The position numbers and the translations under genes were made by a program. A DNA stretch of 64,000 nt from a virus. How positions within the stretch are numbered: position 1 is the stretch's first letter; each line of letters starts with the position of its first letter. Positions 47,256 through 56,358 of the stretch are shown here, piece by piece. Location: the IMG/VR virus record IMGVR_UViG_3300020392_000004. One strand, 5' to 3'. The notes beneath the pieces are model-generated. The model was not told the origin of the DNA and ran no database searches. It saw only the letters and a program-made list of their open reading frames with translations.

Positions 47256-47975
47256 ATGGATTTCCTACCCTTTGAAATAAATTTAAGTCCCCTAGATATC
47301 ACGAAATATGGGCCTGTTTGGGAGATTCCTCACTATCTTACGGACAAAGAACTCGAAATACAGACTGAAATTGCAGATAGACATTCTCCGATAGACCTTG
47401 AAATATACCCTAATAAGACTATACAGAAGTCTCCAAGTAAGAAATCATTAGACATATATGAACATTATCGTAATGGTAATATACCGAATTATGTGAGAGA
47501 GTTATTCCCATTAGCTGATTATAGCTGTTTGAATAAGGTTATTGCACCCGATAAGTATAACTCCGATATGAACATATACGAAAACACATGTCCTGTGGAA
47601 AGAGTCCAAGGTAATCCTAAAGGTATGAAGTATTATCCACCTCACCCTGATGGTGGTAAACTGATTACTGTATTAAATCCGCTGTGTCCCGTGAAGTCTG
47701 TTCCTACGACCTTTAATGGTTATCGTGCAGAACATGAACCTGTGGATTTGGGTTGGGAAGTCAATAAAGCTTATATGTTTGTTCCTTCTTATAATTATTC
47801 ATATCATAGTTATATTGGGGATAATGTGACTGACCGCTGGGTGACCAACTATAATATTATGGGAACTATTAAGAAACAACCCGATATGGAAGTATGGAGA
47901 AATGTCCCCGAATGGACTTCTGAAAAGGTTGTGAATAAGAATTGGTATTATAGTCCTAAAGATTCTCGTGAGTAG
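47256..47975 (+). CDS. 2OG-Fe(II) oxygenase-like protein
   Basis: PPHPD...YHSY...RW..NYN; late promoter upstream. Confidence 0.65.
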   Translation: MDFLPFEINLSPLDITKYGPVWEIPHYLTDKELEIQTEIADRHSPIDLEIYPNKTIQKSPSKKSLDIYEHYRNGNIPNYVRELFPLADYSCLNKVIAPDKYNSDMNIYENTCPVERVQGNPKGMKYYPPHPDGGKLITVLNPLCPVKSVPTTFNGYRAEHEPVDLGWEVNKAYMFVPSYNYSYHSYIGDNVTDRWVTNYNIMGTIKKQPDMEVWRNVPEWTSEKVVNKNWYYSPKDSRE

Positions 47976-48556
47976 TCCGCGAGTCTCGTAGGGTATATGT
48001 AGAATCGGGCGTTGTTAAACAGACCCCGACAATGATAGTATGACCTGTGTATATCAATAGCCATGGAATATCTTGGTTTGTCTGTAGGATTTGGATATAC
48101 TTCGTGTTCTAGGTCACTCGTAAATATATGTAAATCTCCGACCTCGTTTTGTATGTTCCCTATATCCTCATACCAAGTTTCTGTATAATCACCACCAAGA
48201 AAGATATTACAATTATAAAAGAGTTCTGCTCTACTGGGATTACCATGTGCATGTATCTGTAAACCTTTATCTGTCTCTAGTTCATTACACCAACATTGCA
48301 TAAGAAGATAATCAGACTTGAATTCTTTTAATTTAGATAGTCTTTGTGGTATATTAAGAGTTTGTATATCGGGGTGATATAACCAGTTGTATAGTGTAAA
48401 GGACGAGGTAAGACCTGTATATCCACTTCCGTTATATTCGTCTGTGGGTATTAGGTCTTTATCTCGTTGTATGATATCACAAATAAATGAACATTCATCT
48501 TCTGTGAAGAATCCTGTATATTTGTTGTGATACTTACTTATTCCCTCGATATCCAT
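47948..48556 (-). CDS. 2OG-Fe(II) oxygenase-like protein
   Basis: WCN, HAH, F...L.H.V.P and RYS.A.D motifs. Confidence 0.75.
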   Translation of the reverse strand: MDIEGISKYHNKYTGFFTEDECSFICDIIQRDKDLIPTDEYNGSGYTGLTSSFTLYNWLYHPDIQTLNIPQRLSKLKEFKSDYLLMQCWCNELETDKGLQIHAHGNPSRAELFYNCNIFLGGDYTETWYEDIGNIQNEVGDLHIFTSDLEHEVYPNPTDKPRYSMAIDIHRSYYHCRGLFNNARFYIYPTRLADYSRESLGL

Positions 48557-49431
48557 AATCGGTAATAATCGTCCTGTAGATAGTCAGACTCGTCACCAAT
48601 TACAGTAAAGAATGAAGATTGTCTATTGAGGTCACGATATTCATGGTCATATTCTAGATATTTAGAATCAGAATCACCACCGATTCCTCTCCAACCATAA
48701 GCACATTCTCCATTATTGAAATATGGACGAATTACAGTTTCCCATGATTGATTTAATTCTTCGTTTGATTCCTTATCACCAAGATAATATATTCCATTTG
48801 CACCTTTTGGTGATTCTAACCTGTATAATGAATCCTCTATTTCTACTTCAATCGCTTGTTGTAGTCCTGTTGGTGTAGGGTCATAATCTTCTTTGACCGT
48901 ATCTGTATTGAGTAATTTATATAATTCTTTGTAAGAACTTGCAGTTGCAGCGAAGTAATATGGACTATATTCTGTTGAATCGTCCCACCAGTTGATAAAT
49001 TGTTGTATTGGTATAAGATTCTCTGTTGTGATTCTCACTCTATCGTCATCACAAATAGGTTTAGGTGGATTATTGGTGCAACCTCTTTCGGGTATATTCT
49101 CTAGGGACAATATAGAGACCACATCTTTGACTCGGGTATGTCCTTGTAATACTACAACCTTATGTTCCCCGTCTACGGTCTCTCCAGCCGTCCTGTATAG
49201 GTTTAATATATTCCAAAACCCGTCTCCTTCGTCTTTGAAGTTGATTATTTTTGCTGGTTTGTAGAATAAGTCTTCTTCATAGTTGGTCATAACATATAAA
49301 TCATGTAGATTTACACCATCATGACTTTCCCACATTCTTTGTCGTGACATAGAGTCGGTCAAGATATTAACATCATTAACTGACATTCCACCGTCACCAC
49401 AATATACAAAATAAGTTGTCACTGCACTCAT
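48538..49431 (-). CDS. Hypothetical protein, possibly a degenerate glycosyltransferase fold
   Basis: 297 aa; late CTAAATA at 49457-49463; GGAG Shine-Dalgarno. Confidence 0.55.
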   Translation of the reverse strand: MSAVTTYFVYCGDGGMSVNDVNILTDSMSRQRMWESHDGVNLHDLYVMTNYEEDLFYKPAKIINFKDEGDGFWNILNLYRTAGETVDGEHKVVVLQGHTRVKDVVSILSLENIPERGCTNNPPKPICDDDRVRITTENLIPIQQFINWWDDSTEYSPYYFAATASSYKELYKLLNTDTVKEDYDPTPTGLQQAIEVEIEDSLYRLESPKGANGIYYLGDKESNEELNQSWETVIRPYFNNGECAYGWRGIGGDSDSKYLEYDHEYRDLNRQSSFFTVIGDESDYLQDDYYRLWISRE

Positions 49432-49604
49432 ATTTTCTCCATAATGTTTATTCTATTATTTAGTGTCCTTTAAAACATTCTTACAATGTGGACACTTTAA
49501 TGGGATATCCAATAATTTAGTAATTGCAACATGTTTATCCCAATCCTCTCTTTCTTTTTGAGGTGTGTTGAACATTTCACTGGGTAATGGAAACCCTATA
49601 TGTT

Positions 49605-50015
49605 TTACGCTTCTTTGTTCGGATTCCATAATGTAAGATTTTTGGTTTTCAATCTATTCATAACAATAGTATATCTATTTTGTTCTGCCTTCCACTCCTT
49701 TAACCACAAATGTCCATCTCTCTCTGCATCTATAAAGATTGCATTAGTAAATGCAATTGGTAATAATACACATATATGTATAACAATACTTACAATAGTA
49801 TTATATCCAAACCACCCTAGATAGTTTGCAGCCAGAAATCCAAAGAACACACTCCATACAGTAAACAATACCATCATAAAGTATGTTTGTAGACTAGGGT
49901 CTGCAATATATTTTAAAGGATTGTATCTCACATCCATAATTCGTCTCCAGCCATACACAAGTTTCATTACGACTCTTCTGAATAGACTTGGCTTTTTTAC
50001 ATTTGGTTTCATCAT
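49605..50015 (-). CDS. Conserved membrane protein
   Basis: IMD.RYNPL..I.D followed by 2 TM helices. Confidence 0.65.
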   Translation of the reverse strand: MMKPNVKKPSLFRRVVMKLVYGWRRIMDVRYNPLKYIADPSLQTYFMMVLFTVWSVFFGFLAANYLGWFGYNTIVSIVIHICVLLPIAFTNAIFIDAERDGHLWLKEWKAEQNRYTIVMNRLKTKNLTLWNPNKEA

Positions 50016-50016
50016 A

Positions 50017-50112
50017 TCATTCTCCTGTGTGATGTCGTATATATTCTCTCAATACATGAAGTCCATAGGACAACCATGTGATAACAACTATACTCCAAAA
50101 TAACACTTCCAT
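50017..50112 (-). CDS. Small membrane peptide (31 aa)
   Basis: MEVLFWSIVVITWLSYGLHVLREYIRHHTGE. Confidence 0.5.
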   Translation of the reverse strand: MEVLFWSIVVITWLSYGLHVLREYIRHHTGE

Positions 50113-50113
50113 G

Positions 50114-50572
50114 TTATAAGTTCCTTACATTACCTCGTAATGCAAAATAAAGACCACCGACATATAAACTAACATGTAGATAATCTTTGTAAATTACATC
50201 CCATAAACTCGCGGGACTTAATATCCATATTACACCTGTTGCAATACAAGTCATGGTAATACCACTAAATCGAGTTATCAAATCTCCCATGGAGTATATA
50301 ACTTCTTTTGCAAATGGTGTTGTGATTCTTGTTAGGAAAAAATGTCTATTGTGCCATGGTATCAGTGAAAATAATCCACCGACCATGAGTCCAACAGCTG
50401 CACCTATCTCACCCCATGTGACAAACCACCACACAATATAGGGTAAACCCCATGCTTCTGCCACTGCACCTGTGACAGGAAGTTTACTCAACCCCTGTTG
50501 TAGGAACATTGCAGATAGTGGTATTCTTAAAAAGAATGTTGCAATATTGGCTGGTGCTTTGAAGTCACTCAT
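50114..50572 (-). CDS. DoxX-family membrane protein
   Basis: LRI.L...FL..G..K, E......L..G and TR.SG motifs; multiple TM helices. Confidence 0.75.
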   Translation of the reverse strand: MSDFKAPANIATFFLRIPLSAMFLQQGLSKLPVTGAVAEAWGLPYIVWWFVTWGEIGAAVGLMVGGLFSLIPWHNRHFFLTRITTPFAKEVIYSMGDLITRFSGITMTCIATGVIWILSPASLWDVIYKDYLHVSLYVGGLYFALRGNVRNL

Positions 50573-50898
50573 TTTCCTATATCCTTGATATTGTTTTTAC
50601 CTATCACTTGATATGCACCTTTGTTGTAAGCTGGTGCAATAGTATATTGTGAGGATATTTTTAGTTTCTCTTGTTCCCATTCGAGGTTCTTCTGACCTCC
50701 ACCACCACCTTGGAGTAGTAGAGAAGGTATCTTTTCTGTTTCAGATACCTCTTTGATTACACGGTCAAAGATTTTCTGTTGTTGCAGAATCATTTCTTGA
50801 TACTTTTGTCTCTTTGACTTCTTGGAAAAGGCCCTTGTCTTTCTCCTCTTACCATGTGGCCCATAACGGATAGAGGAACTTAAGTTTAAATATCCCAT
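50569..50898 (-). CDS. Conserved basic hypothetical protein
   Basis: APAYNKGAYQVI; the ATG at 50898 sits at the predicted start of a TTGACA-18-TATAAT promoter (50906-50935). Confidence 0.65.
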   Translation of the reverse strand: MGYLNLSSSIRYGPHGKRRKTRAFSKKSKRQKYQEMILQQQKIFDRVIKEVSETEKIPSLLLQGGGGGQKNLEWEQEKLKISSQYTIAPAYNKGAYQVIGKNNIKDIGK

Positions 50899-50941
50899 GG
50901 TTCCCATTATACATGAAAACCATGGGTATTGTCAAGTGGTA

Positions 50942-51061
50942 TTATGAATTAATACCCGCAGCTTTGATTACTTTTGGTAATCTGCCACATTTCATTAATT
51001 TATGTGTTTTGTCTGCGAATGTCTTTAGATACTCGGCAGACAATGATACTATTCTACGCAT
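50942..51061 (-). CDS. Small basic peptide (39 aa)
   Basis: MRRIVSLSAEYLKTFADKTHKLMKCGRLPKVIKAAGINS; GAGGAG Shine-Dalgarno. Confidence 0.6.
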   Translation of the reverse strand: MRRIVSLSAEYLKTFADKTHKLMKCGRLPKVIKAAGINS

Positions 51062-51080
51062 TCTTATCTCCTCGTTGTTG

Positions 51081-51140
51081 TGTGACCATCCGTGACTGAC
51101 CTTCGGTTTCCCTACTCGTTCTTGTCACATAAATGTCACA
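51081..51140 (-). ncRNA. Candidate cis-regulatory RNA with loop-E/sarcin-ricin-like motif
   Basis: Long stem enclosing GAGUA-GG-GAAA-CC-GAAG. Confidence 0.5.
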
Positions 51141-51153
51141 TTAGTATATAGGT

Positions 51154-51609
51154 CTATTGCCAGTCTTTTGAGACCATTAATACTGCATCAGACCCATCTC
51201 TATAAAAGTTTCTCACATATGAATGTCTAACGAATCCCTGTCGTAGTGCCATTTTTATACTGGGTTCGTTATCTACTTTAACTTCACACCATACATTTCC
51301 AAACTCTGCACCAAACTTCATTATTTCATTTCCTAATCCCTGTCCATGGTAATCAGAATGTAAAACAGTTTCGTGTATATGATGTCTGTCTAGAATCTTG
51401 TTTATGATTGTGTATCCTACAATCTCGCCGTCTAAATCAGCGAGATACACACCTTCTAATATCTCTCCGTCTTCTTCTGTGTATCCAGCATATTGATTCA
51501 ACCAACTCCATTTCGACCTTACAGGTAAACCTAAATCAGCATTCTCCTCTATAGATTGAAGAATACCTATATCGTTGGGTGTGGCTTGTTTTATATGTAG
51601 TCTATCCAT
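51154..51609 (-). CDS. GNAT acetyltransferase, RimI-like
   Basis: YHGQGLG, EV...N..S.....R.GF and R.FY.DG.DA.LM; the C-terminus is typical of RimI. Confidence 0.75.
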   Translation of the reverse strand: MDRLHIKQATPNDIGILQSIEENADLGLPVRSKWSWLNQYAGYTEEDGEILEGVYLADLDGEIVGYTIINKILDRHHIHETVLHSDYHGQGLGNEIMKFGAEFGNVWCEVKVDNEPSIKMALRQGFVRHSYVRNFYRDGSDAVLMVSKDWQ

Positions 51610-52166
51610 CCTGTATACAAATATTTGTTATCTTTGAGTGGTGGATTACCTCTATGAAAATGTGTGAATCCAGCAGGCCACAATATAAAGTCACCCTGTG
51701 TAGGTTTAACTCTCTGTGACTGATATAAGAATTCTAGTTCTCCACCTTCTTCTACATCATTTAGGAACAATCCCCATGCAAGTAATGTGTTTTTAGATTC
51801 AATTGTATGTTGGTGTTCCATATGCCAGACATGATATCCTTCTGTTGGTTTAGTCTTTTGCATTTTTGCACCACCAAGTCCAACATAATTATAATTATTC
51901 TCTATAGGATACTTCTTGAAGAACTCGGGTATGATTTCTTCATTGATTACACCTGTAATATGTTGTGTATTTGGTAATGCAGAACCACTCAATTCTACTA
52001 TCCCTATTGCATTGTCTTTGATATCCAGTGTAGAAGAGTTTCTATCATGAGTAAGACCGATTCTCTCACATTGGTCGAATGTTTCTATACAATCATTACA
52101 GAATCTTTGGTCAAAGAATCCTCTGAATAATAAAATGTGTTCACCTAAATCTTTTATTTCTTTCAT
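51591..52166 (-). CDS. 2OG-Fe(II) oxygenase (prolyl 4-hydroxylase-like)
   Basis: GYH.WH.E, LNDV.EGGE.EF, WPA.FTH.HRG.PP and KY..TGW motifs. Confidence 0.88.
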   Translation of the reverse strand: MKEIKDLGEHILLFRGFFDQRFCNDCIETFDQCERIGLTHDRNSSTLDIKDNAIGIVELSGSALPNTQHITGVINEEIIPEFFKKYPIENNYNYVGLGGAKMQKTKPTEGYHVWHMEHQHTIESKNTLLAWGLFLNDVEEGGELEFLYQSQRVKPTQGDFILWPAGFTHFHRGNPPLKDNKYLYTGWIDYI

Positions 52167-52318
52167 TATATAATATTCGATATTGCAAATGCAAGTATGA
52201 ACAACACACCAAAAAATGCAGTGAGTAATCCTATTGCAGTCACAAGAAGTTGTATTGGTGTCGGGTCATATTCTTCTTTTGCACCCAAACCAAATAACAA
52301 CTTCAATATAATTCTCAT
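52166..52318 (-). CDS. Small membrane protein (50 aa)
   Basis: MRIILKLLFGLG...; one TM helix; coupled. Confidence 0.5.
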   Translation of the reverse strand: MRIILKLLFGLGAKEEYDPTPIQLLVTAIGLLTAFFGVLFILAFAISNII

Positions 52319-52533
52319 TCTTTTGGATTAAACACGACATTGCATAGACCGAGTTTATTCCGTCTTACAATTTCGTTCTTAACCTTTTGTTTTAATTTTG
52401 GTCGTTGTCCTTCTTTGTTGTAAGCTTCTATCAGTGTATCTATTGATTGACATTTCATATATTCATGTTCAATAGTCACTTTTTTAGTTTGTCTATCAAC
52501 TCTGACTTGACTCTTCCCGAACTTCACTGGCAT
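52315..52533 (-). CDS. Small basic hypothetical protein
   Basis: MPVKF...PK.KQK..NE..RR. Confidence 0.6.
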   Translation of the reverse strand: MPVKFGKSQVRVDRQTKKVTIEHEYMKCQSIDTLIEAYNKEGQRPKLKQKVKNEIVRRNKLGLCNVVFNPKE

Positions 52534-53143
52534 TGTCCACTATCTCCTGTAAATCTGATGGCAACTCAAAATAGAGTTGTAAATAAAATCTTGTTCCTTT
52601 TTGTATAGGTTGGAAACTTGTCCATAAATTATGGTGAAAGTTATGACCTATCACTGTTCCTTGTCTCGTTTGGATTGTATGATTATTAACAACATAATCA
52701 CCCCCAACGAAATCGTCATTGAGAAAAACAATAACAGTTCCACTATCACCTTTTTCTATCTCCTCACTTGCATTACTCCAAGGAACAAAATCACCCTCAC
52801 TGATTTGATAAAATTGACCTTGGGTGACATTTCCAAAATAAACACCTTTTGGTAATGCAAAATCTATCTTTTGCACTATGTCGTCTAATACTTTTGTCTT
52901 ATTGAGAACTGCCCATTGACAGTCGGGTCTATTCTCTACTCTCCATACACCACCATTTCTGATTGTCTCGTCTTTTGGTAGTTCAATACCGTCAACTATT
53001 GTAGTTTCTACAAGTGGTATACTTTGGAAATCGACAATTAGTTCTTCACATAATTCACGATTTATAATCTCGTCAAATATCAATATCTGATTTGTATTTA
53101 GTTGGTATTTGTCTATTTGACCGTAATCTTTAGTTATGTCCAT
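52496..53143 (-). CDS. Degenerate 2OG-Fe(II) oxygenase-like protein
   Basis: FLNDDF.GG and G.RF retained, but no HxD motif. Confidence 0.65.
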   Translation of the reverse strand: MDITKDYGQIDKYQLNTNQILIFDEIINRELCEELIVDFQSIPLVETTIVDGIELPKDETIRNGGVWRVENRPDCQWAVLNKTKVLDDIVQKIDFALPKGVYFGNVTQGQFYQISEGDFVPWSNASEEIEKGDSGTVIVFLNDDFVGGDYVVNNHTIQTRQGTVIGHNFHHNLWTSFQPIQKGTRFYLQLYFELPSDLQEIVDNASEVREESSQS

Positions 53144-53837
53144 TTATATGCCCCTGTGGAAAGAAGAAGTTTACAAAACTATATCTCCAGTTGTCCTTGT
53201 AATCATTGTAATCCTCAATATATGCACCATGCATTTTAGAACCACCGAATAAAACACAACGGTTGAATTTTGAAGGTATGATATGGTCTATATCCATAAT
53301 CTCTTCGACTGGTTGTATTAGTCCTTCTCCTTCATTGTTTTGCAACCATGTAGGTTTATATACAGCTGTCCCGCCATTCTCAAACTCGTCTAGATAAACT
53401 AACATATTGACAACACTCTCTTCCTGTGGGTCTTTAAAGTTTCCGTCTACATGTGGAAAATGTTGCATTGTCTTATCGTAATCTTTTATTGTCTTAAAAC
53501 AGTTTACCTCTATCAAATCTTGCCAACGATATTCACCTCTATGAAATCCATATTGTCTCAAGAGTTCTGTAATTCTAACTTGTTGGTTTATCCATAATCT
53601 TGTTGGGTGTCCTACAGTATCAACTATTCTACAATCAAGATAGTCTATTCCATTTGGCGATTGTCTTTCCTCATTATATTTCCATAGTGGATATTGTCTT
53701 TCTGATATATGTTTTTTGACCTCATGTGGATTCTCAAAATAATTCTCTATGTAAATTACCTCATGTTCTCTGTCATAACTGATATCCCAGTCTGCACTTT
53801 GTCTGTATAATGTATCTATTGAATAATACTCACTCAT
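53130..53837 (-). CDS. 2OG-Fe(II) oxygenase-like protein
   Basis: PHVD, YL....GGTA.Y, FNR.VLF....HG and R....FF motifs. Confidence 0.8.
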   Translation of the reverse strand: MSEYYSIDTLYRQSADWDISYDREHEVIYIENYFENPHEVKKHISERQYPLWKYNEERQSPNGIDYLDCRIVDTVGHPTRLWINQQVRITELLRQYGFHRGEYRWQDLIEVNCFKTIKDYDKTMQHFPHVDGNFKDPQEESVVNMLVYLDEFENGGTAVYKPTWLQNNEGEGLIQPVEEIMDIDHIIPSKFNRCVLFGGSKMHGAYIEDYNDYKDNWRYSFVNFFFPQGHINGHN

Positions 53838-54585
53838 TGAATAAAACCTCGTATGAAAAATTGTCTCCGTCATCTATATCATTTAACGGTTCGTTGTGGT
53901 GAAGATTAAATGATATTGCAACCCTATTGTAATCGTCTTGCACATTATGTGGTTCGTCAATACTGTGTAGTAGATAGGACGGCCACAACATAACCTCACC
54001 CTCTGTTGGTTGTATAGAAATTTCCATGTGTGAACCCTGTGTCCCTGTTATGAATGCATTAGGCATAGGTGACGGTATGGTATCCGAAGGACTAGAATGT
54101 GAAAATACATTTTGATTTGGACTATAAAACTTTATAGGTTGGTCTGCACCTTGAACTCTAGGATAGTATGTTCCACTCAATGTAGTTTTTACATGATTGT
54201 GTGCATGGTGGACTATACCTTCTTCATATTTACTGACCCATGAGAACAAATGTATATCTTTTCTATTGAGATATGATATGTCTCTTCCAAATTGGTCTTT
54301 TACAAATTGCACATATGTATCTTTTATAATATTTGCAAAGTCTCTATACCATGGTAAAGACTTCATTCTAATTCTATTATCTTGAAAGAAATAGTTTGTA
54401 TAGTTTCTCTTTGGATTTGGGTCTAGTTCTTTACACTCTTTAAGTAATTCTTCACATGAATCTGCAATATGTCCGTGGTCATATGCAAAAGTTCCTCTCA
54501 AAATTGGAGTGGGGAATATATCCCATATTTGTTGTTGTCCTAGTGGTCTAAAGTCACTAGGTTTTTCAATCTTTGGTGGTCTCAT
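53830..54585 (-). CDS. 2OG-Fe(II) oxygenase (TIGR02466-like)
   Basis: FPTPI, HNH...LSG.YY, WPSYL.H and R..ISFN motifs. Confidence 0.85.
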   Translation of the reverse strand: MRPPKIEKPSDFRPLGQQQIWDIFPTPILRGTFAYDHGHIADSCEELLKECKELDPNPKRNYTNYFFQDNRIRMKSLPWYRDFANIIKDTYVQFVKDQFGRDISYLNRKDIHLFSWVSKYEEGIVHHAHNHVKTTLSGTYYPRVQGADQPIKFYSPNQNVFSHSSPSDTIPSPMPNAFITGTQGSHMEISIQPTEGEVMLWPSYLLHSIDEPHNVQDDYNRVAISFNLHHNEPLNDIDDGDNFSYEVLFNE

Positions 54586-55111
54586 TCTTTTTCACTGCAG
54601 CTCCAACCCCAGGCTCACCTTTGATTGTCACATTTCTATAATATATTATTACTTCACCCATTTGTTTGATATATCGTTTGAGTTCTTGCATATCCTCTGC
54701 CATGACTTTGTAGTCACCGATAGTAGTTGCAACAAACAATATCTCACCATTGTTTTGTTTTTTCATTTCATCTATGAACTGGTCAAGATATGTATATCCC
54801 TCTGGCCAATCGGGATTCTCTCTTTCTGATAGTTCACATGTTTTTGGTCTTTTGAATTGTTCCACACCTTCTTCATTGAATTTAGGTGGGTCGTATTGTA
54901 TAGTTCTCTTACAAGGATTTACTATTTTTGCTTCTGATACAACGAACCACTTTGGTGCTGTCAATTGCACTGGTCTTGGTAAATCGGGTTGCATTATCTC
55001 TATCTCTATTGGTGTAGATACTATTTCAACCTTCTTGTTTGGAAGAAGGGAACAACCACTAATTATCGTTGTTATTAGGATTGGTAAGATTATATAATTC
55101 TTTAGTGTCAT
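54566..55111 (-). CDS. Lipoprotein, o-spanin (Rz1-like)
   Basis: Lipobox IISGC, Pro-rich segment and ELKRYI.Q....I.YY; overlaps the i-spanin gene. Confidence 0.7.
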   Translation of the reverse strand: MTLKNYIILPILITTIISGCSLLPNKKVEIVSTPIEIEIMQPDLPRPVQLTAPKWFVVSEAKIVNPCKRTIQYDPPKFNEEGVEQFKRPKTCELSERENPDWPEGYTYLDQFIDEMKKQNNGEILFVATTIGDYKVMAEDMQELKRYIKQMGEVIIYYRNVTIKGEPGVGAAVKKNETTKD

Positions 55112-55445
55112 CTTCTATTCCCTCCATTACTAATTCACTTGCATTATTCATTCTAGTTTCTATCATGCCAGGCTTCTTTAGTGCAAGTAAATCTAAATTG
55201 TGCCTTGAAAAGATTGCAAGATATTCAGCTTTCTCTGCTTCTATCTCTGCATTTCTTTTACTCATATTCATAAGAGATTTACCTTGTATCTCGTATGACT
55301 CTCTTAAGGTTTCTATAGCTCTAGTTTGTTCTGCCAGAGCACCCTCTAGTTTTATATTGTTCTCTGTCAATGTCTGATTCTGATTATACAGATACCAAGA
55401 ACCTAACCCTAGAACAAGTATCAATGTAATTAACATTTGTTGCAT
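55059..55445 (-). CDS. i-spanin (Rz-like)
   Basis: N-terminal TM helix, coiled coil and KPG.IE..N.A motif. Confidence 0.7.
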   Translation of the reverse strand: MQQMLITLILVLGLGSWYLYNQNQTLTENNIKLEGALAEQTRAIETLRESYEIQGKSLMNMSKRNAEIEAEKAEYLAIFSRHNLDLLALKKPGMIETRMNNASELVMEGIEDDTKELYNLTNPNNNDN

Positions 55446-55714
55446 TATTCATCGTCTCCATAGTCATAGTCTTCGATTATATAGTTCAGACCAGCTGCAC
55501 TTCTATATTCGACTATCTTTCCATCTTCGTCCTTGAACTTAAGATGTTTTTCTTTTTGGACTAATATTTTTTTGGTGATATATGACCTATCGTCTGCGTC
55601 ACCCCATTCTTTATTGAAAGATACAGTGACCTTATATCGTGTTAAAAAGAAGGATTGAATCCAAGTCCAAATCTTTTTAATTATTTCCCAAACTTTTATA
55701 AAGAAATTCTTCAT
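55445..55714 (-). CDS. Hypothetical protein
   Basis: ATG at 55714, 5 nt after late CTAAATA (55720-55726). Confidence 0.65.
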   Translation of the reverse strand: MKNFFIKVWEIIKKIWTWIQSFFLTRYKVTVSFNKEWGDADDRSYITKKILVQKEKHLKFKDEDGKIVEYRSAAGLNYIIEDYDYGDDE

Positions 55715-55734
55715 ATCCTTATTTAGTGTATAAC

Positions 55735-55864
55735 GAAACCCCTCTCCATCCAATACTCTTCAGCAGTGTCGAGGGGTCTCTAGTCTAGAATCTTCCTACT
55801 CACAGTCGTTATCTGTTATTGCAGCCCGTCTACGGGAGAGGGTCACGAACCCTCGGTCTTCTAG
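55735..55864 (-). ncRNA. Candidate multi-branch, tRNA-like structured RNA
   Basis: Closing stem with three hairpins, followed by a 10-bp stem. Confidence 0.55.
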
Positions 55865-56358
55865 TCGTTCTTTCTTAACTCTTTAAGTTTATTAATTGTT
55901 TCTTTTGCACTCGTATGTATTATTCCGATACCACCAGCAGCTTCCCATGCTTCAATGTTCTTTGGTCTATCGTCAATCAAGACATTACCTTCCATTGCAT
56001 ATGCAGCTTTCTGACTTCCAGTAAATGTGCAGTTCACAACAACATTAGGGTCAACATATCTTTTTATCCACTGGTTTTTGTCATAGACAACTAAATCTCT
56101 GTTTACTACACCAGCTGCAGTCAATATCTCCCATGGAACATTAGTGTGTTTGATATATGCAAGTAAGTCATACATGTCAACCATAGGTGGTAAGTTTGCA
56201 AATAGTCTTTTGTTTGTTAATTCTTCTTTTCTATTATCGTAATCTGAATGACCTTTGTCGTCATTTGTTAGAGGGTGTCCTAGGTATGTCTCACAACCTC
56301 TCAAGAAGTCTGCAAGAACTCCGTCCATATCGACAAATATATAACCTAGTTTATTCAA
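55861..56358 (-). CDS. 5'(3')-deoxyribonucleotidase, HAD family
   Basis: DMDGVLADF, ILT, K..W and LIDD...N...W...GG.GI.H motifs. Confidence 0.88.
   Translation of the reverse strand: MNKLGYIFVDMDGVLADFLRGCETYLGHPLTNDDKGHSDYDNRKEELTNKRLFANLPPMVDMYDLLAYIKHTNVPWEILTAAGVVNRDLVVYDKNQWIKRYVDPNVVVNCTFTGSQKAAYAMEGNVLIDDRPKNIEAWEAAGGIGIIHTSAKETINKLKELRKND

Noticed and set aside
49455-49590. Tiny ORFs, one with CPHC
   Set aside because: Two competing short frames without clear initiation signals; cannot be supported.
55735-55770. Hammerhead ribozyme (CUGAAGA plus CGAAAC)
   Set aside because: The two core elements lie on opposite strands.
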